From positions 1 through 58,598 of IMG/VR virus record IMGVR_UViG_3300035042_000037: a stretch of DNA of 58,598 bases, one strand, 5' to 3'. Under the pieces are notes generated by a model that ran no database searches, was not told where the DNA came from, and saw only the letters and a program-made list of their open reading frames with translations. The translations under genes were made by a program, and so were the position numbers. The DNA comes from a virus (taxonomy: Duplodnaviria > Caudoviricetes). Shown here one piece after another: positions 28,685 to 37,566 of the stretch. The stretch's first letter is position 1. Each line of letters begins with the position of its first letter.

Positions 28685-29654
28685 TCATCATAACTTCAGT
28701 GCTAAATGCCATTAGATTAATTCTTGGATCAGCTACCATTGTAGACTCTACACAGTATTTATTAAGTAAAATAATAAACTCAGGCAAATATTCTGGATCA
28801 ATATGTTTTACACAAGAATCAAATAATTGAGCATAAAAATTCTGTGGATCAGAATTCATTCCCATAATATATTTACGCATGTTTGTGAAATTTTTATTTT
28901 TTAAAATTTCAAAATATTCTGTATCATTAGCAGATAGATCTTTTACAATATTAATATCTGTTAAAGAATCTTGTGAAGCATATTTTTGTAATTCATTTAA
29001 ACATTTCCTCATATCTGGAAATATTCTTTGTACAATGTTAGCTATTACTTTTTTATTGTATTCAACCTTTTCTGTTTTAAGAATATTGTTTACGCTAATA
29101 AAGAATTCCTTTTTCATTTTATCTAATTCTTTATTAGTGAAATTAAAATCAATAGCTTGAAGTCTTGATTGTAAAGGCGGAATAATTTTATTCTTATAAT
29201 TACTGATAAAAATAAAAGAACAACCTTTAGCAAACTCTTCCAGGAAAACCTTACATGCATCCATGGCCTGAGGCGAAAGTCGGTCTCCCTCATCTAATAT
29301 AACGATTTTCTTAGTGTTATCCCAATTAGTACCAGTAACAAATTGTCGAATTTTAGTTCTAAGAACATCTATTCCATTTTGTTCTGAACCATTAATGTAT
29401 AGATATTCAAAATCTAACATTTCAGACAATACCACACCAGTACTTGTTTTTCCACATCCAGCAGGACCAGAAAATAGTAAATTTGGAATATCTTTAGAAT
29501 TCACAATTTGTTGTATTTGTTTTTTAATACGTTCTGGTAATATAAGTGATTCAACATCATTTGGACGGTATTTTAGTCCCCAAATATAAGAATCCCCGAG
29601 CCTTTTATGTAAACTACCTTGATTCATCTTAAATTTCTCCTTATAGAATTGCAC
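28665..29654 (-). CDS. Clamp loader large subunit gp44
   Basis: KYRP, GPAGCGKT, INGS, ILDEGD, LQSR and PDMRK.LNELQ motifs. Confidence 0.95.
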   Translation of the reverse strand: MQFYKEKFKMNQGSLHKRLGDSYIWGLKYRPNDVESLILPERIKKQIQQIVNSKDIPNLLFSGPAGCGKTSTGVVLSEMLDFEYLYINGSEQNGIDVLRTKIRQFVTGTNWDNTKKIVILDEGDRLSPQAMDACKVFLEEFAKGCSFIFISNYKNKIIPPLQSRLQAIDFNFTNKELDKMKKEFFISVNNILKTEKVEYNKKVIANIVQRIFPDMRKCLNELQKYASQDSLTDINIVKDLSANDTEYFEILKNKNFTNMRKYIMGMNSDPQNFYAQLFDSCVKHIDPEYLPEFIILLNKYCVESTMVADPRINLMAFSTEVMMNGDFNE

Positions 29655-30303
29655 AAGCTACAAAATAAAATAGTTCAAAATCTTTTTCTTTAATAAATTT
29701 AATAACTTTATTAGAAGCAACCATTATATTATAATCTGTATTAATCATTTTAAGATTTTCAACATATACTTTGCCTTCACCTGTACCAGAACCTTTAATT
29801 TGAATCTCAAAAGAATTAGACATGGGCATTTCTGAATTAATAAGATTAATAGTACCTTTACCATCTTCTAAATTGATTTCCATAACATTAGCACCTAGAA
29901 CACGAGATGCTTTTTTAATACTAGATAGTTGCTCTTCAGATAGATTAAAAGAACAATCAAATGAATCAAATGCTTCATAATCTTGTACAGCTTTACATTG
30001 ATTGAGAATATGGGAAGGATCAGATAAACGATATTTGATTTTAGCTTTACCATCTTTGATTTTAATATAATCTTTAGTAAAATCATATTCTACGTTATCT
30101 GACATTAGGCTGATAGAACCCAAAAATTCGTCTAACGAATAGATAGCGATTTCTGGTAAAGTTTCAGAAATTTTGGCGATACCTATAACGTTAGACGAAT
30201 TCGGGGTTTTTGTTTTGATATATTCAGGTTCATCTAGATAAATTGAGTTGTTAATTTCGCTGAAGTTTTTAAAAATTTCGAGTGTTTGTTTACTGATTTC
30301 CAT
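29641..30303 (-). CDS. Sliding clamp gp45
   Basis: ISKQTL.I.KNFS.IN.SI, AIY.L.EFL and VENLKMI..DY motifs. Confidence 0.92.
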   Translation of the reverse strand: MEISKQTLEIFKNFSEINNSIYLDEPEYIKTKTPNSSNVIGIAKISETLPEIAIYSLDEFLGSISLMSDNVEYDFTKDYIKIKDGKAKIKYRLSDPSHILNQCKAVQDYEAFDSFDCSFNLSEEQLSSIKKASRVLGANVMEINLEDGKGTINLINSEMPMSNSFEIQIKGSGTGEGKVYVENLKMINTDYNIMVASNKVIKFIKEKDFELFYFVACAIL

Positions 30304-30371
30304 GGTAAATTTCTCCTTAGTTTCATGTTTAAATTCAAGTTATATACAGTATCTGTTTGTAAAAATTATAA

Positions 30372-30623
30372 TTATTCAGTTTTCCAGGCTTTACCGTTTT
30401 CAGATTTTACATAATTAATAAAGGCATCAGCTTTTTCGTTATCTTTAAATGATACAGAAGTATCTTTCTTATTAATACTATAATCAGAAGTAGTTAAACC
30501 TTCTTCATCTTCAAACTCATCTAGAATTGATTTAATATTTTTAAAAGTATCTTTATCTACTTGAACACACTGTTTTTCATTTAAAACAGTAGATTCATTT
30601 AGAATTTCTTTAAATGTTTTCAT
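30372..30623 (-). CDS. Putative head-internal protein
   Basis: Starts MKTFKEILNE...LNE. Confidence 0.55.
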   Translation of the reverse strand: MKTFKEILNESTVLNEKQCVQVDKDTFKNIKSILDEFEDEEGLTTSDYSINKKDTSVSFKDNEKADAFINYVKSENGKAWKTE

Positions 30624-30635
30624 ATTATTTCCCCT

Positions 30636-31040
30636 TTAAATATAAGTTGATTGACGTTTTCCAGTGCTTGTTTTCCCTTGGGCATTCATTCTTTTTTCTT
30701 TTTTCTTATATTTTTTATAAGAAGTAGTTTTACGATATTTTTTCTGTTTTCTCTTAATTTTTTCTTTATTCTTACGATATGCTCTTTTACGTCTATTCTT
30801 TTCTGCTTTTGAAATTCTCTTTTTTAATCTTGCTTCGTCTAATTCTTCATCTTCTTCATCTTCCAAATCTAATTCATCAAGAATTTCATAATACATATCC
30901 ATTTGATCTTCAGTTAAAACTTGTTCTAATTGTTCTTCATCTGTTTCAATAAAAAAATCAACCATTAGCAGAAATAATTCATCATCTATTTCTTCATCAG
31001 AATCAATTTCTTCGAATAGTGTTTCTCTAAAAGATTTCAT
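30636..31040 (-). CDS. Prohead core protein (gp68-like)
   Basis: Acidic N-terminal half, LDEA cleavage-like site, very basic C-terminal half. Confidence 0.55.
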   Translation of the reverse strand: MKSFRETLFEEIDSDEEIDDELFLLMVDFFIETDEEQLEQVLTEDQMDMYYEILDELDLEDEEDEELDEARLKKRISKAEKNRRKRAYRKNKEKIKRKQKKYRKTTSYKKYKKKEKRMNAQGKTSTGKRQSTYI

Positions 31041-31043
31041 ATA

Positions 31044-31235
31044 TTAATCCTTCTCTTTTTCAGATTTCCAAGCTTTATCTACTTTATCAAAAAATTCTTT
31101 CTTTTGTTCTTTAGATAAATCTTCTACATCTTCAACTCCAAATGATTTTAAAATACTCATAAATAATTTATCATAAGCGTCTTTTTCATTTTTTTCTTCG
31201 AATAGTTCTTTAAATGTTTTCATTTTATTCTCCAT
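31044..31235 (-). CDS. Small prohead core-like protein
   Basis: MKTFKELFEE...Y..LF...LK.FGV....DLS.EQKKEFF..VD..W pattern. Confidence 0.5.
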   Translation of the reverse strand: MENKMKTFKELFEEKNEKDAYDKLFMSILKSFGVEDVEDLSKEQKKEFFDKVDKAWKSEKEKD

Positions 31236-31759
31236 TATTTAACGTTATTCTCTAAAAATAATTTACCTTTTGCTGTAATTGTGTATGTATTATTTATCTT
31301 TTCAATTAAATCATTTTGTGTAAACGCTCTAATTAGTCTAGTAACATTACGTTTTTGGTTTTTAGAGATATTCAGTTTTTCACTTAAAAAAGATAATTTC
31401 ATAATCATTTCAGATTTAGACATATTATCGTTTGAAAGCATAGATAGAAGAAAATAAGGAGTTTTTCTTCGTTTTAGAAATGAAATATTTCCAGCTTTAT
31501 GATAAAAATCATTATTCTTTACAGATATTTTTTGAGTTCTGAAACCTACAATTCTCTCAGAAATAAATTTATCTTTAATGAAAGATTTAAACATATTATC
31601 TTCAAGATCATATATAACTTTTACGTGATTAGCTGAATGTTTTTTACCTAAAGGTTTCTTATCAGGATAAGCTTTATAGAAGTTTTTCCAATCGTCAGTT
31701 CCTTTGATTGTACGAATAGTTCCATCTTTTTTCTCAAAAGTAAACTCTTTAATAATCAT
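31235..31759 (-). CDS. WYL_2/DUF2693 SH3-like domain fused to a winged helix
   Basis: FTFEKKDGTIR...GT...YDLE...FKSF, followed by a C-terminal LIEK...TYTITAKG..FL. Confidence 0.6.
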   Translation of the reverse strand: MIIKEFTFEKKDGTIRTIKGTDDWKNFYKAYPDKKPLGKKHSANHVKVIYDLEDNMFKSFIKDKFISERIVGFRTQKISVKNNDFYHKAGNISFLKRRKTPYFLLSMLSNDNMSKSEMIMKLSFLSEKLNISKNQKRNVTRLIRAFTQNDLIEKINNTYTITAKGKLFLENNVK

Positions 31760-31892
31760 CTTAAATCTCCTTTGAATGAGTTATCTATCTCACTTACAAA
31801 TACAGTATACTTGTTTTTGAGTTGTGTGTCAATAAAAAAGAACAAAATGATTATAAATCAAATTACTCTTTCAATTTTTGTATTATCTTGTT

Positions 31893-32747
31893 TTACCAGC
31901 CCTCAATATCTGGAGTGTATTTTTTGATTTTACTGTACACTTCAAAAGGCAATTCTTCAGAACTAATTTGTGGCTTTCCTTGTTCTTTTACCTTAATATA
32001 ATTTGCATCTTTAATGTAACTGCCTTTTGAATCGGCTCTTGTAGGCAATGCAGTTCCAGTTTTAGAAGTTTCACTATCAACTTTAGTAGTATCAACTTTA
32101 ATTTTATTGAATGAAATGTAAATTACTCCATCCATATATTTAGTAATTTTATTACCCATATCAAGGATTTCTTTCATCGTCATTGAAGCTCCTTTATGAG
32201 TAACTAAAAGAATTTCATCTGAAACTACACGGCTTCTTTTTTTGTTTTGTTCTCTGGCAACATCTAAATCATTTACTATCCAAACAATATGAATATTTTT
32301 CTTATCATATCCTAATTCTCGAACATTTCGAGAAATACTTTCTAGTTTAGTAATATCTTTTAGTGTTACATCAAAAATTAGATTAGGTTTATTTTCACTT
32401 GTCAGAATAGAACCAAACATAGCTTCTTGTGATTTATTAGGTACACGATATACAGAAGCTAAAATATCATGTAATTTTGAAACTTCTTCAGGATTCATCA
32501 TGTTAAATTGAGTGATATCATGACCAGTTTCATCTTTTATTTTTTGTGTGAATTTTGGCAAACGAACTGTTAATTCTTTTAGTTTATCCACATCAAAGGT
32601 TTTACCTTCAATTCCTAGTAAATTAGATGTTTGAAACCCCTTTCCTGAACCCGCCCCTCCAGCAAGAATAACTACATTCCCAAATTGCGGGTATGCTCTC
32701 TTCCCAAAAATCATCAATTTTTCTTGAAGTTCTTTGAATGTTAACAT
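31893..32747 (-). CDS. P-loop (zeta-toxin-like) kinase
   Basis: ILAGGAGSGKGF Walker A, LIFDVT and A.EQN.KR.R.V lid motif. Confidence 0.75.
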   Translation of the reverse strand: MLTFKELQEKLMIFGKRAYPQFGNVVILAGGAGSGKGFQTSNLLGIEGKTFDVDKLKELTVRLPKFTQKIKDETGHDITQFNMMNPEEVSKLHDILASVYRVPNKSQEAMFGSILTSENKPNLIFDVTLKDITKLESISRNVRELGYDKKNIHIVWIVNDLDVAREQNKKRSRVVSDEILLVTHKGASMTMKEILDMGNKITKYMDGVIYISFNKIKVDTTKVDSETSKTGTALPTRADSKGSYIKDANYIKVKEQGKPQISSEELPFEVYSKIKKYTPDIEGW

Positions 32748-32822
32748 TTTCTCTCCTATATTCGTGTTTGTCTCAACATCATTACATGTATATAATATAC
32801 TATATTTTGTGTTGTATGTAAA

Positions 32823-34067
32823 CTATAAAACATTTACTAAAATGAATTTCTCTTCTTTTCCTTTTGAACTACTTTTTGCATTATATGCTTCTAATGTTTC
32901 ATCGATATCATATCCTTCATAATCATCGTATTCTTGCAAATCAACCTTCATAGTATTAATGCCATCTTTAGAAACAAAATGTATATTCTGTGAAGCCCTA
33001 GATGTTAACTGTAAACTATAATCTGAATAAGCATTAGCTCCGCATAAAGATGACGATCTAGCATAAAAATCAGCAATTAAACATTCATGAATATGGCCAA
33101 AAATAATATAATCTATTTTAATATTTTTATCAGAATATTTACCTTTAATCTGTTGTGATTGTTTAGAAATATTACTATTCATTTGTTGTCCATGTAACAT
33201 TAAAATATGTTTATCACAAACTTTAATAACCTTTTCACCAACAGATCCATCAATAAAATCAATAGGTTTATCTTTAAACATCATTCTTAACATTTCAAAA
33301 ATAGTAGTATCATAATTATCAGATACCATAATTTCTGTAGAACCAAAATATTCACCTACTCTTGATTCGTTTCCAGTAACATAAGTTAATGTAATACTAA
33401 AATCTTGAGCTAAATCTACAATAACCTGTTCTAATAACATAGCACTAAGAGCGGAGGCTTTAGCCCTATTAGTACTCATATTTAATAATTCGTCTAGTCT
33501 TCTATCGGAGTTTAGTAAATCTCCAGTCATGGCTATAATTACTTTTTCAATTCCATGATTTTTAAATTGTCTTTTAGCCATACAAACATATTTTTGTAAT
33601 CGTTTTGAAGCAATTTTAAAATCATACTTATTACCATTAATATCAATAATTTCGTTGAAGTGGGTATCTGAAATTTGAAATACTCCTACAACTTCTTCAT
33701 TTACAATTTTATGTTTTGGTATTGTATAATTTACTTCTCTATCTTTAAAAATATTGATTAATTCTTTTGTATAATCTTCAAGAGCATTTTCTACACGAAT
33801 TCTATTTCTTACTTTTCTTTCAATTCTTTGTTGATCTCTTAGACGTTGTTTTTGTTTTTCTAATAAAGAAGAATAATCTAATAAATCTTCATAAGCATCA
33901 TCTACAGAAGTATACTCATCTTTTTCTAGAATTTGTTTACATTCTTTCACAATTTTTCTAGCTTGACCTTCTCCAATATTGTACTTATTCATAATAGTTC
34001 TACGACCAATAGAACCATCCTTCATAATATCTTCTAAAATTTGTTTTTCAAGTTCATCTAAATTCAT
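32823..34067 (-). CDS. Calcineurin-like metallophosphoesterase with N-terminal HTH and coiled coil
   Basis: SDTH, GDLL, GNE.R, LHG and FGHIH motifs. Confidence 0.85.
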   Translation of the reverse strand: MNLDELEKQILEDIMKDGSIGRRTIMNKYNIGEGQARKIVKECKQILEKDEYTSVDDAYEDLLDYSSLLEKQKQRLRDQQRIERKVRNRIRVENALEDYTKELINIFKDREVNYTIPKHKIVNEEVVGVFQISDTHFNEIIDINGNKYDFKIASKRLQKYVCMAKRQFKNHGIEKVIIAMTGDLLNSDRRLDELLNMSTNRAKASALSAMLLEQVIVDLAQDFSITLTYVTGNESRVGEYFGSTEIMVSDNYDTTIFEMLRMMFKDKPIDFIDGSVGEKVIKVCDKHILMLHGQQMNSNISKQSQQIKGKYSDKNIKIDYIIFGHIHECLIADFYARSSSLCGANAYSDYSLQLTSRASQNIHFVSKDGINTMKVDLQEYDDYEGYDIDETLEAYNAKSSSKGKEEKFILVNVL

Positions 34068-34100
34068 GTTTATACCTTTTAATTAATCAATTAAGTTCAA

Positions 34101-34625
34101 TTATTCTTCTGTATCTTCTGGATAAATTTTTAATAAATCAAAACATTCATCTGCTGTATCCATAAATGGGGTCATCGCTCCACATTTAGTACATTGTACA
34201 GTATATATACGCTCAGTTTCAAAGTATATAGGATCAAATTCCTCACCATCACACCAAGGACAAAGGTATTCACCATCTCTTTCTAGTTCAACTTGAATTT
34301 CATTTTCTTTATCTTTAAATTCTATTAATTCTTCAACTTTATCGTGATCCAAAATATAGTTATCAAAATTAGAAATCCACGGAGTACAATACATCAACAT
34401 TCTACTCTCCAGAATATCTGTAAAATAACTATTATCTACCTTCATATTTTGAAGATACTCATCTACTAATACTAAAGTACTATTAATAAATCTGTTAACT
34501 TTAAAAATATGTTTAACCCAATAAAAAGTTAACCAAATAATGAATGTCACTGTTAAAGCGTTAGATACAACATCAAAATTTAGATCTTGTAATTTTAAAA
34601 ATTCAACGATTTCTGTATATTCCAT
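34101..34625 (-). CDS. Membrane-anchored Zn-ribbon protein
   Basis: N-terminal TM helix; C-terminal CPWCDG...VQCTKCGA (Lar-like pattern). Confidence 0.55.
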   Translation of the reverse strand: MEYTEIVEFLKLQDLNFDVVSNALTVTFIIWLTFYWVKHIFKVNRFINSTLVLVDEYLQNMKVDNSYFTDILESRMLMYCTPWISNFDNYILDHDKVEELIEFKDKENEIQVELERDGEYLCPWCDGEEFDPIYFETERIYTVQCTKCGAMTPFMDTADECFDLLKIYPEDTEE

Positions 34626-34646
34626 ATATAAACTTTCTTTAATAAA

Positions 34647-34689
34647 TAAAGACCTATCTACAAAAATAGTTAAGTAAATAGGTCTTTTA
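34647..34689 (-). terminator. Terminator after the capsid paralogue
   Basis: AAAGACCTAT / ATAGGTCTTT inverted repeat. Confidence 0.6.
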
Positions 34690-34694
34690 TATGA

Positions 34695-35558
34695 TTATAG
34701 ATTAGTAATAGTAACTCCTAAAGAGCGAACAAAATCAGAAGCATTAGCTCCACTAGTATCTAATGGATTTTGCGAATAAGCATAACGTTGGAACATATAA
34801 AGATGTGGTTCACCTGATTCAGCATCTGGTTTAATTTGAATATTAACATCATTGATAGGTGCTAGAATAACTGAGGCATCACCGGGCACCATTGTTTTAT
34901 GTAGAAAAAGAATATAATCAGATGTTGAAGCTAAATCATGATAAACTTGCATATCACCAATTTTACCTAAAAATTTAATATTATCAGGACCACCTGCAAC
35001 ATAATCTGAATCAGAACCAGAAATGATTTTATTAGTAATTAGTAAAGAAGCAACTCCGTCTGAAACAATAAGATTTTTAGGTAAACCTCTTTGAGTAACT
35101 TTAGACATTGCTACACGAGTTTTATTAATTTTAAGAATTAAATCATCGATATGATCTTTAGGTGTTCCTGTACTAAAATCATATGAAACAGGCGTTTCTT
35201 CTGTAGCAATACCTTTCATATAAGTAATTAAAGTATTATCAATATCATCAATAATAGAATTAGCACCAATAATTTTTAGTTGTTCTTCTGCATCTTTTCC
35301 ATAAAGATTAAAAATATCCTCTACTAGTTCATCAGTAAATTCTTCAGAATTAGCTGAACTACCTAGAGAACAAATTTTCTTTTGAATAGTTAAACCAGTA
35401 GAACCAGAAGCTTTCTTTACTCCAAATACAGAAGGATTAGATGTAGTTGCATTTTGAATATCACATACATTAAATGCAATTGAACCTTTTTTGATTAATC
35501 TCGTTACGTCTCCAGCTATGCCTTCTCTGTCAGCAATAGCATTAATATCTGTAGCCAT
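34695..35558 (-). CDS. Capsid protein paralogue (gp23/gp24-like)
   Basis: FT.EL.ED....YG.DA, KIN.....K.TQRG....LIVS..VAS.L, ESGEP......RYA...NP motifs; short, lacks the N-terminal propeptide. Confidence 0.75.
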   Translation of the reverse strand: MATDINAIADREGIAGDVTRLIKKGSIAFNVCDIQNATTSNPSVFGVKKASGSTGLTIQKKICSLGSSANSEEFTDELVEDIFNLYGKDAEEQLKIIGANSIIDDIDNTLITYMKGIATEETPVSYDFSTGTPKDHIDDLILKINKTRVAMSKVTQRGLPKNLIVSDGVASLLITNKIISGSDSDYVAGGPDNIKFLGKIGDMQVYHDLASTSDYILFLHKTMVPGDASVILAPINDVNIQIKPDAESGEPHLYMFQRYAYSQNPLDTSGANASDFVRSLGVTITNL

Positions 35559-35606
35559 AATTTACTCCTTTTAAAGTTTTATAAATATACTTGATATGTT
35601 ATTTAT

Positions 35607-35909
35607 CTATTTTCGTTTTAAATATATTGAATAACCACCTTGTTGATCTAGTTTATAGTCTATCATATCATGAATTTCTTCTTCTGTAATATTACTTACT
35701 TCAGCAATAGTATATAATATTTCAAATATATCAGCATAAGCATCTAAATCTCTGCCATCAGTTTCTTGTAATTCCATAAGAAGATTAAAACATTCTTTTA
35801 AACCAAATTGTAATATTTCAAATCTATTATCACATACTTCTACTAAATCGTCAGGATATTGTTTAATCAAATTATCTCTGATCAAACTATATTTTGGTTT
35901 TTCATTCAT
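35607..35909 (-). CDS. MazG/HisE-like NTP pyrophosphohydrolase
   Basis: LIRDN, ADIFEIL..IAE and K..QQGG motifs; glutamate motifs partly degenerate. Confidence 0.6.
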   Translation of the reverse strand: MNEKPKYSLIRDNLIKQYPDDLVEVCDNRFEILQFGLKECFNLLMELQETDGRDLDAYADIFEILYTIAEVSNITEEEIHDMIDYKLDQQGGYSIYLKRK

Positions 35910-35918
35910 ATTGTTTCC

Positions 35919-36989
35919 TTAAATAGCTTTTAATATATTTACTCGATCGCTCATTCTTCCTGTAGGTTTAGTTTTAGATTCTTTAAACTCAGGATTTTCT
36001 AAATATTTTTTCAATTTAGTTATAGAATCAGGAAGATTATCTAATACTTTTTTATCTTTAATTGTATACACTTTTGATTTTGTTTCAGATACATTTTGAA
36101 CTGTTGTACCTGTAACTGTTAAACCATCTCCATCAGCTGCAACTAAAAAATTCAATCTATTATATTTTTCGTTATATAGTAAAGTATAAGTTGAATTAAT
36201 AATTTTAGTAGGTGGTGTTTTTGTATTTTCAGAAATTTTTACATTTTTACATAACTGAACAGGTGATTTTTTCTTAGGTGTTCTAATTTTTTGCGTTTTC
36301 TTTTTAGCTTGTATGTATTTATCACATGTAATAATTAAAGATTCAAGATAACGAATAATTTTATTTTTCTTTCTTACTCGTAAGCCATGATCTTCTGGAT
36401 TATTTTTAAAATCATCGATATATGATTGAATATGATTATTAACATAATTTATTTGAGGTTTACCAAAACCTGAAATAACTTCATCAATTTTATGTTCATT
36501 ACCTCTTAAAATTTCATCAACAAACCAATCTACTTCAGCCATTGCTACTTTAGCTTGTTCGTACATTCTTTCTTGTACTGTAGGTTTATTTTTATTTACT
36601 TTTACATTATCAGGTTTAGAATGAGTATTTTTTTCTCGTTCAAGATATAAATCATAAGCCTTATTAACACTATCTTTTATATATTCTTTATTTTGTTCAG
36701 TAAGAATACTACCTCTATTTTCTAAACGACATAAAGTACTTAATGGATTATAAATATATTTTTCATCTATCTTACTGATCTTTTTTTCTAAATCTTTTTC
36801 AGAATTATTTTTAAGATATGTTTTAATCCATTTCTTTTGATCTGATTTAGATGTGATATTATATGCGTACCAATTTAATATCCAAATTAATTCAGTATTA
36901 GAACATTTATTTAGATCTTCAATAAATGGTTCTGTTTGCATTTTTTGTTGTTTAGATAAGTGCTTTTTAATAAACTTTTTCTTTGCCAT
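35919..36989 (-). CDS. Hypothetical protein
   Basis: 356 aa basic ORF behind a TTTACA-17-TATATT promoter. Confidence 0.65.
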   Translation of the reverse strand: MAKKKFIKKHLSKQQKMQTEPFIEDLNKCSNTELIWILNWYAYNITSKSDQKKWIKTYLKNNSEKDLEKKISKIDEKYIYNPLSTLCRLENRGSILTEQNKEYIKDSVNKAYDLYLEREKNTHSKPDNVKVNKNKPTVQERMYEQAKVAMAEVDWFVDEILRGNEHKIDEVISGFGKPQINYVNNHIQSYIDDFKNNPEDHGLRVRKKNKIIRYLESLIITCDKYIQAKKKTQKIRTPKKKSPVQLCKNVKISENTKTPPTKIINSTYTLLYNEKYNRLNFLVAADGDGLTVTGTTVQNVSETKSKVYTIKDKKVLDNLPDSITKLKKYLENPEFKESKTKPTGRMSDRVNILKAI

Positions 36990-37086
36990 AATAATTCCTT
37001 TATAAAGATTGAAAAGATATGACTAATATACAATATATTAAATCAATTGTAAACAATACTGTAATTACTGAGAGTACTTTGATTAC

Positions 37087-37290
37087 TTATTTCAGTTTTA
37101 CTCCAAGTACTTTATATATTTGCATTTTGAAGCCTTCCCAATCCTCATTTTGAATATATTTTTCTAAAGTTTCAATTTCTTTATCTGACGCTACTTGAAA
37201 ATATCTAGCCATCTCTTCAAACCCAATATTTCCAGGGTAAGCAGCTTCAGAAAATGCTCCATATGTAATCAATTCTTTATATGTTTTCAT
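37087..37290 (-). CDS. Putative head-internal protein
   Basis: Starts MKTYKELI...FSEA. Confidence 0.5.
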   Translation of the reverse strand: MKTYKELITYGAFSEAAYPGNIGFEEMARYFQVASDKEIETLEKYIQNEDWEGFKMQIYKVLGVKLK

Positions 37291-37302
37291 TTACTAATCC
37301 CT

Positions 37303-37545
37303 TTATAAACTCTTTACTATTTGATTTATTTCTTTAGAGGAAGAAACCCCTTTTAAACTAAATTCTGTCATTGAATCCTTTTCATCTATTACAAAAAATT
37401 TCTTTGAATCCAAAAATTGCTCAAAAGTATTAAATTTATATGATTCTAATTTATAATGAGTATATAACATTTCCCCAAATACTTTTTCACCAATATAAAT
37501 GCTATTAGCAGGATAAACAATATCAAACATTAATAACTTTTTCAT
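37303..37545 (-). CDS. Hypothetical protein
   Basis: 80 aa ORF in operon orientation. Confidence 0.5.
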   Translation of the reverse strand: MKKLLMFDIVYPANSIYIGEKVFGEMLYTHYKLESYKFNTFEQFLDSKKFFVIDEKDSMTEFSLKGVSSSKEINQIVKSL

Positions 37546-37566
37546 ACGAATTCCCTATATATTTTA

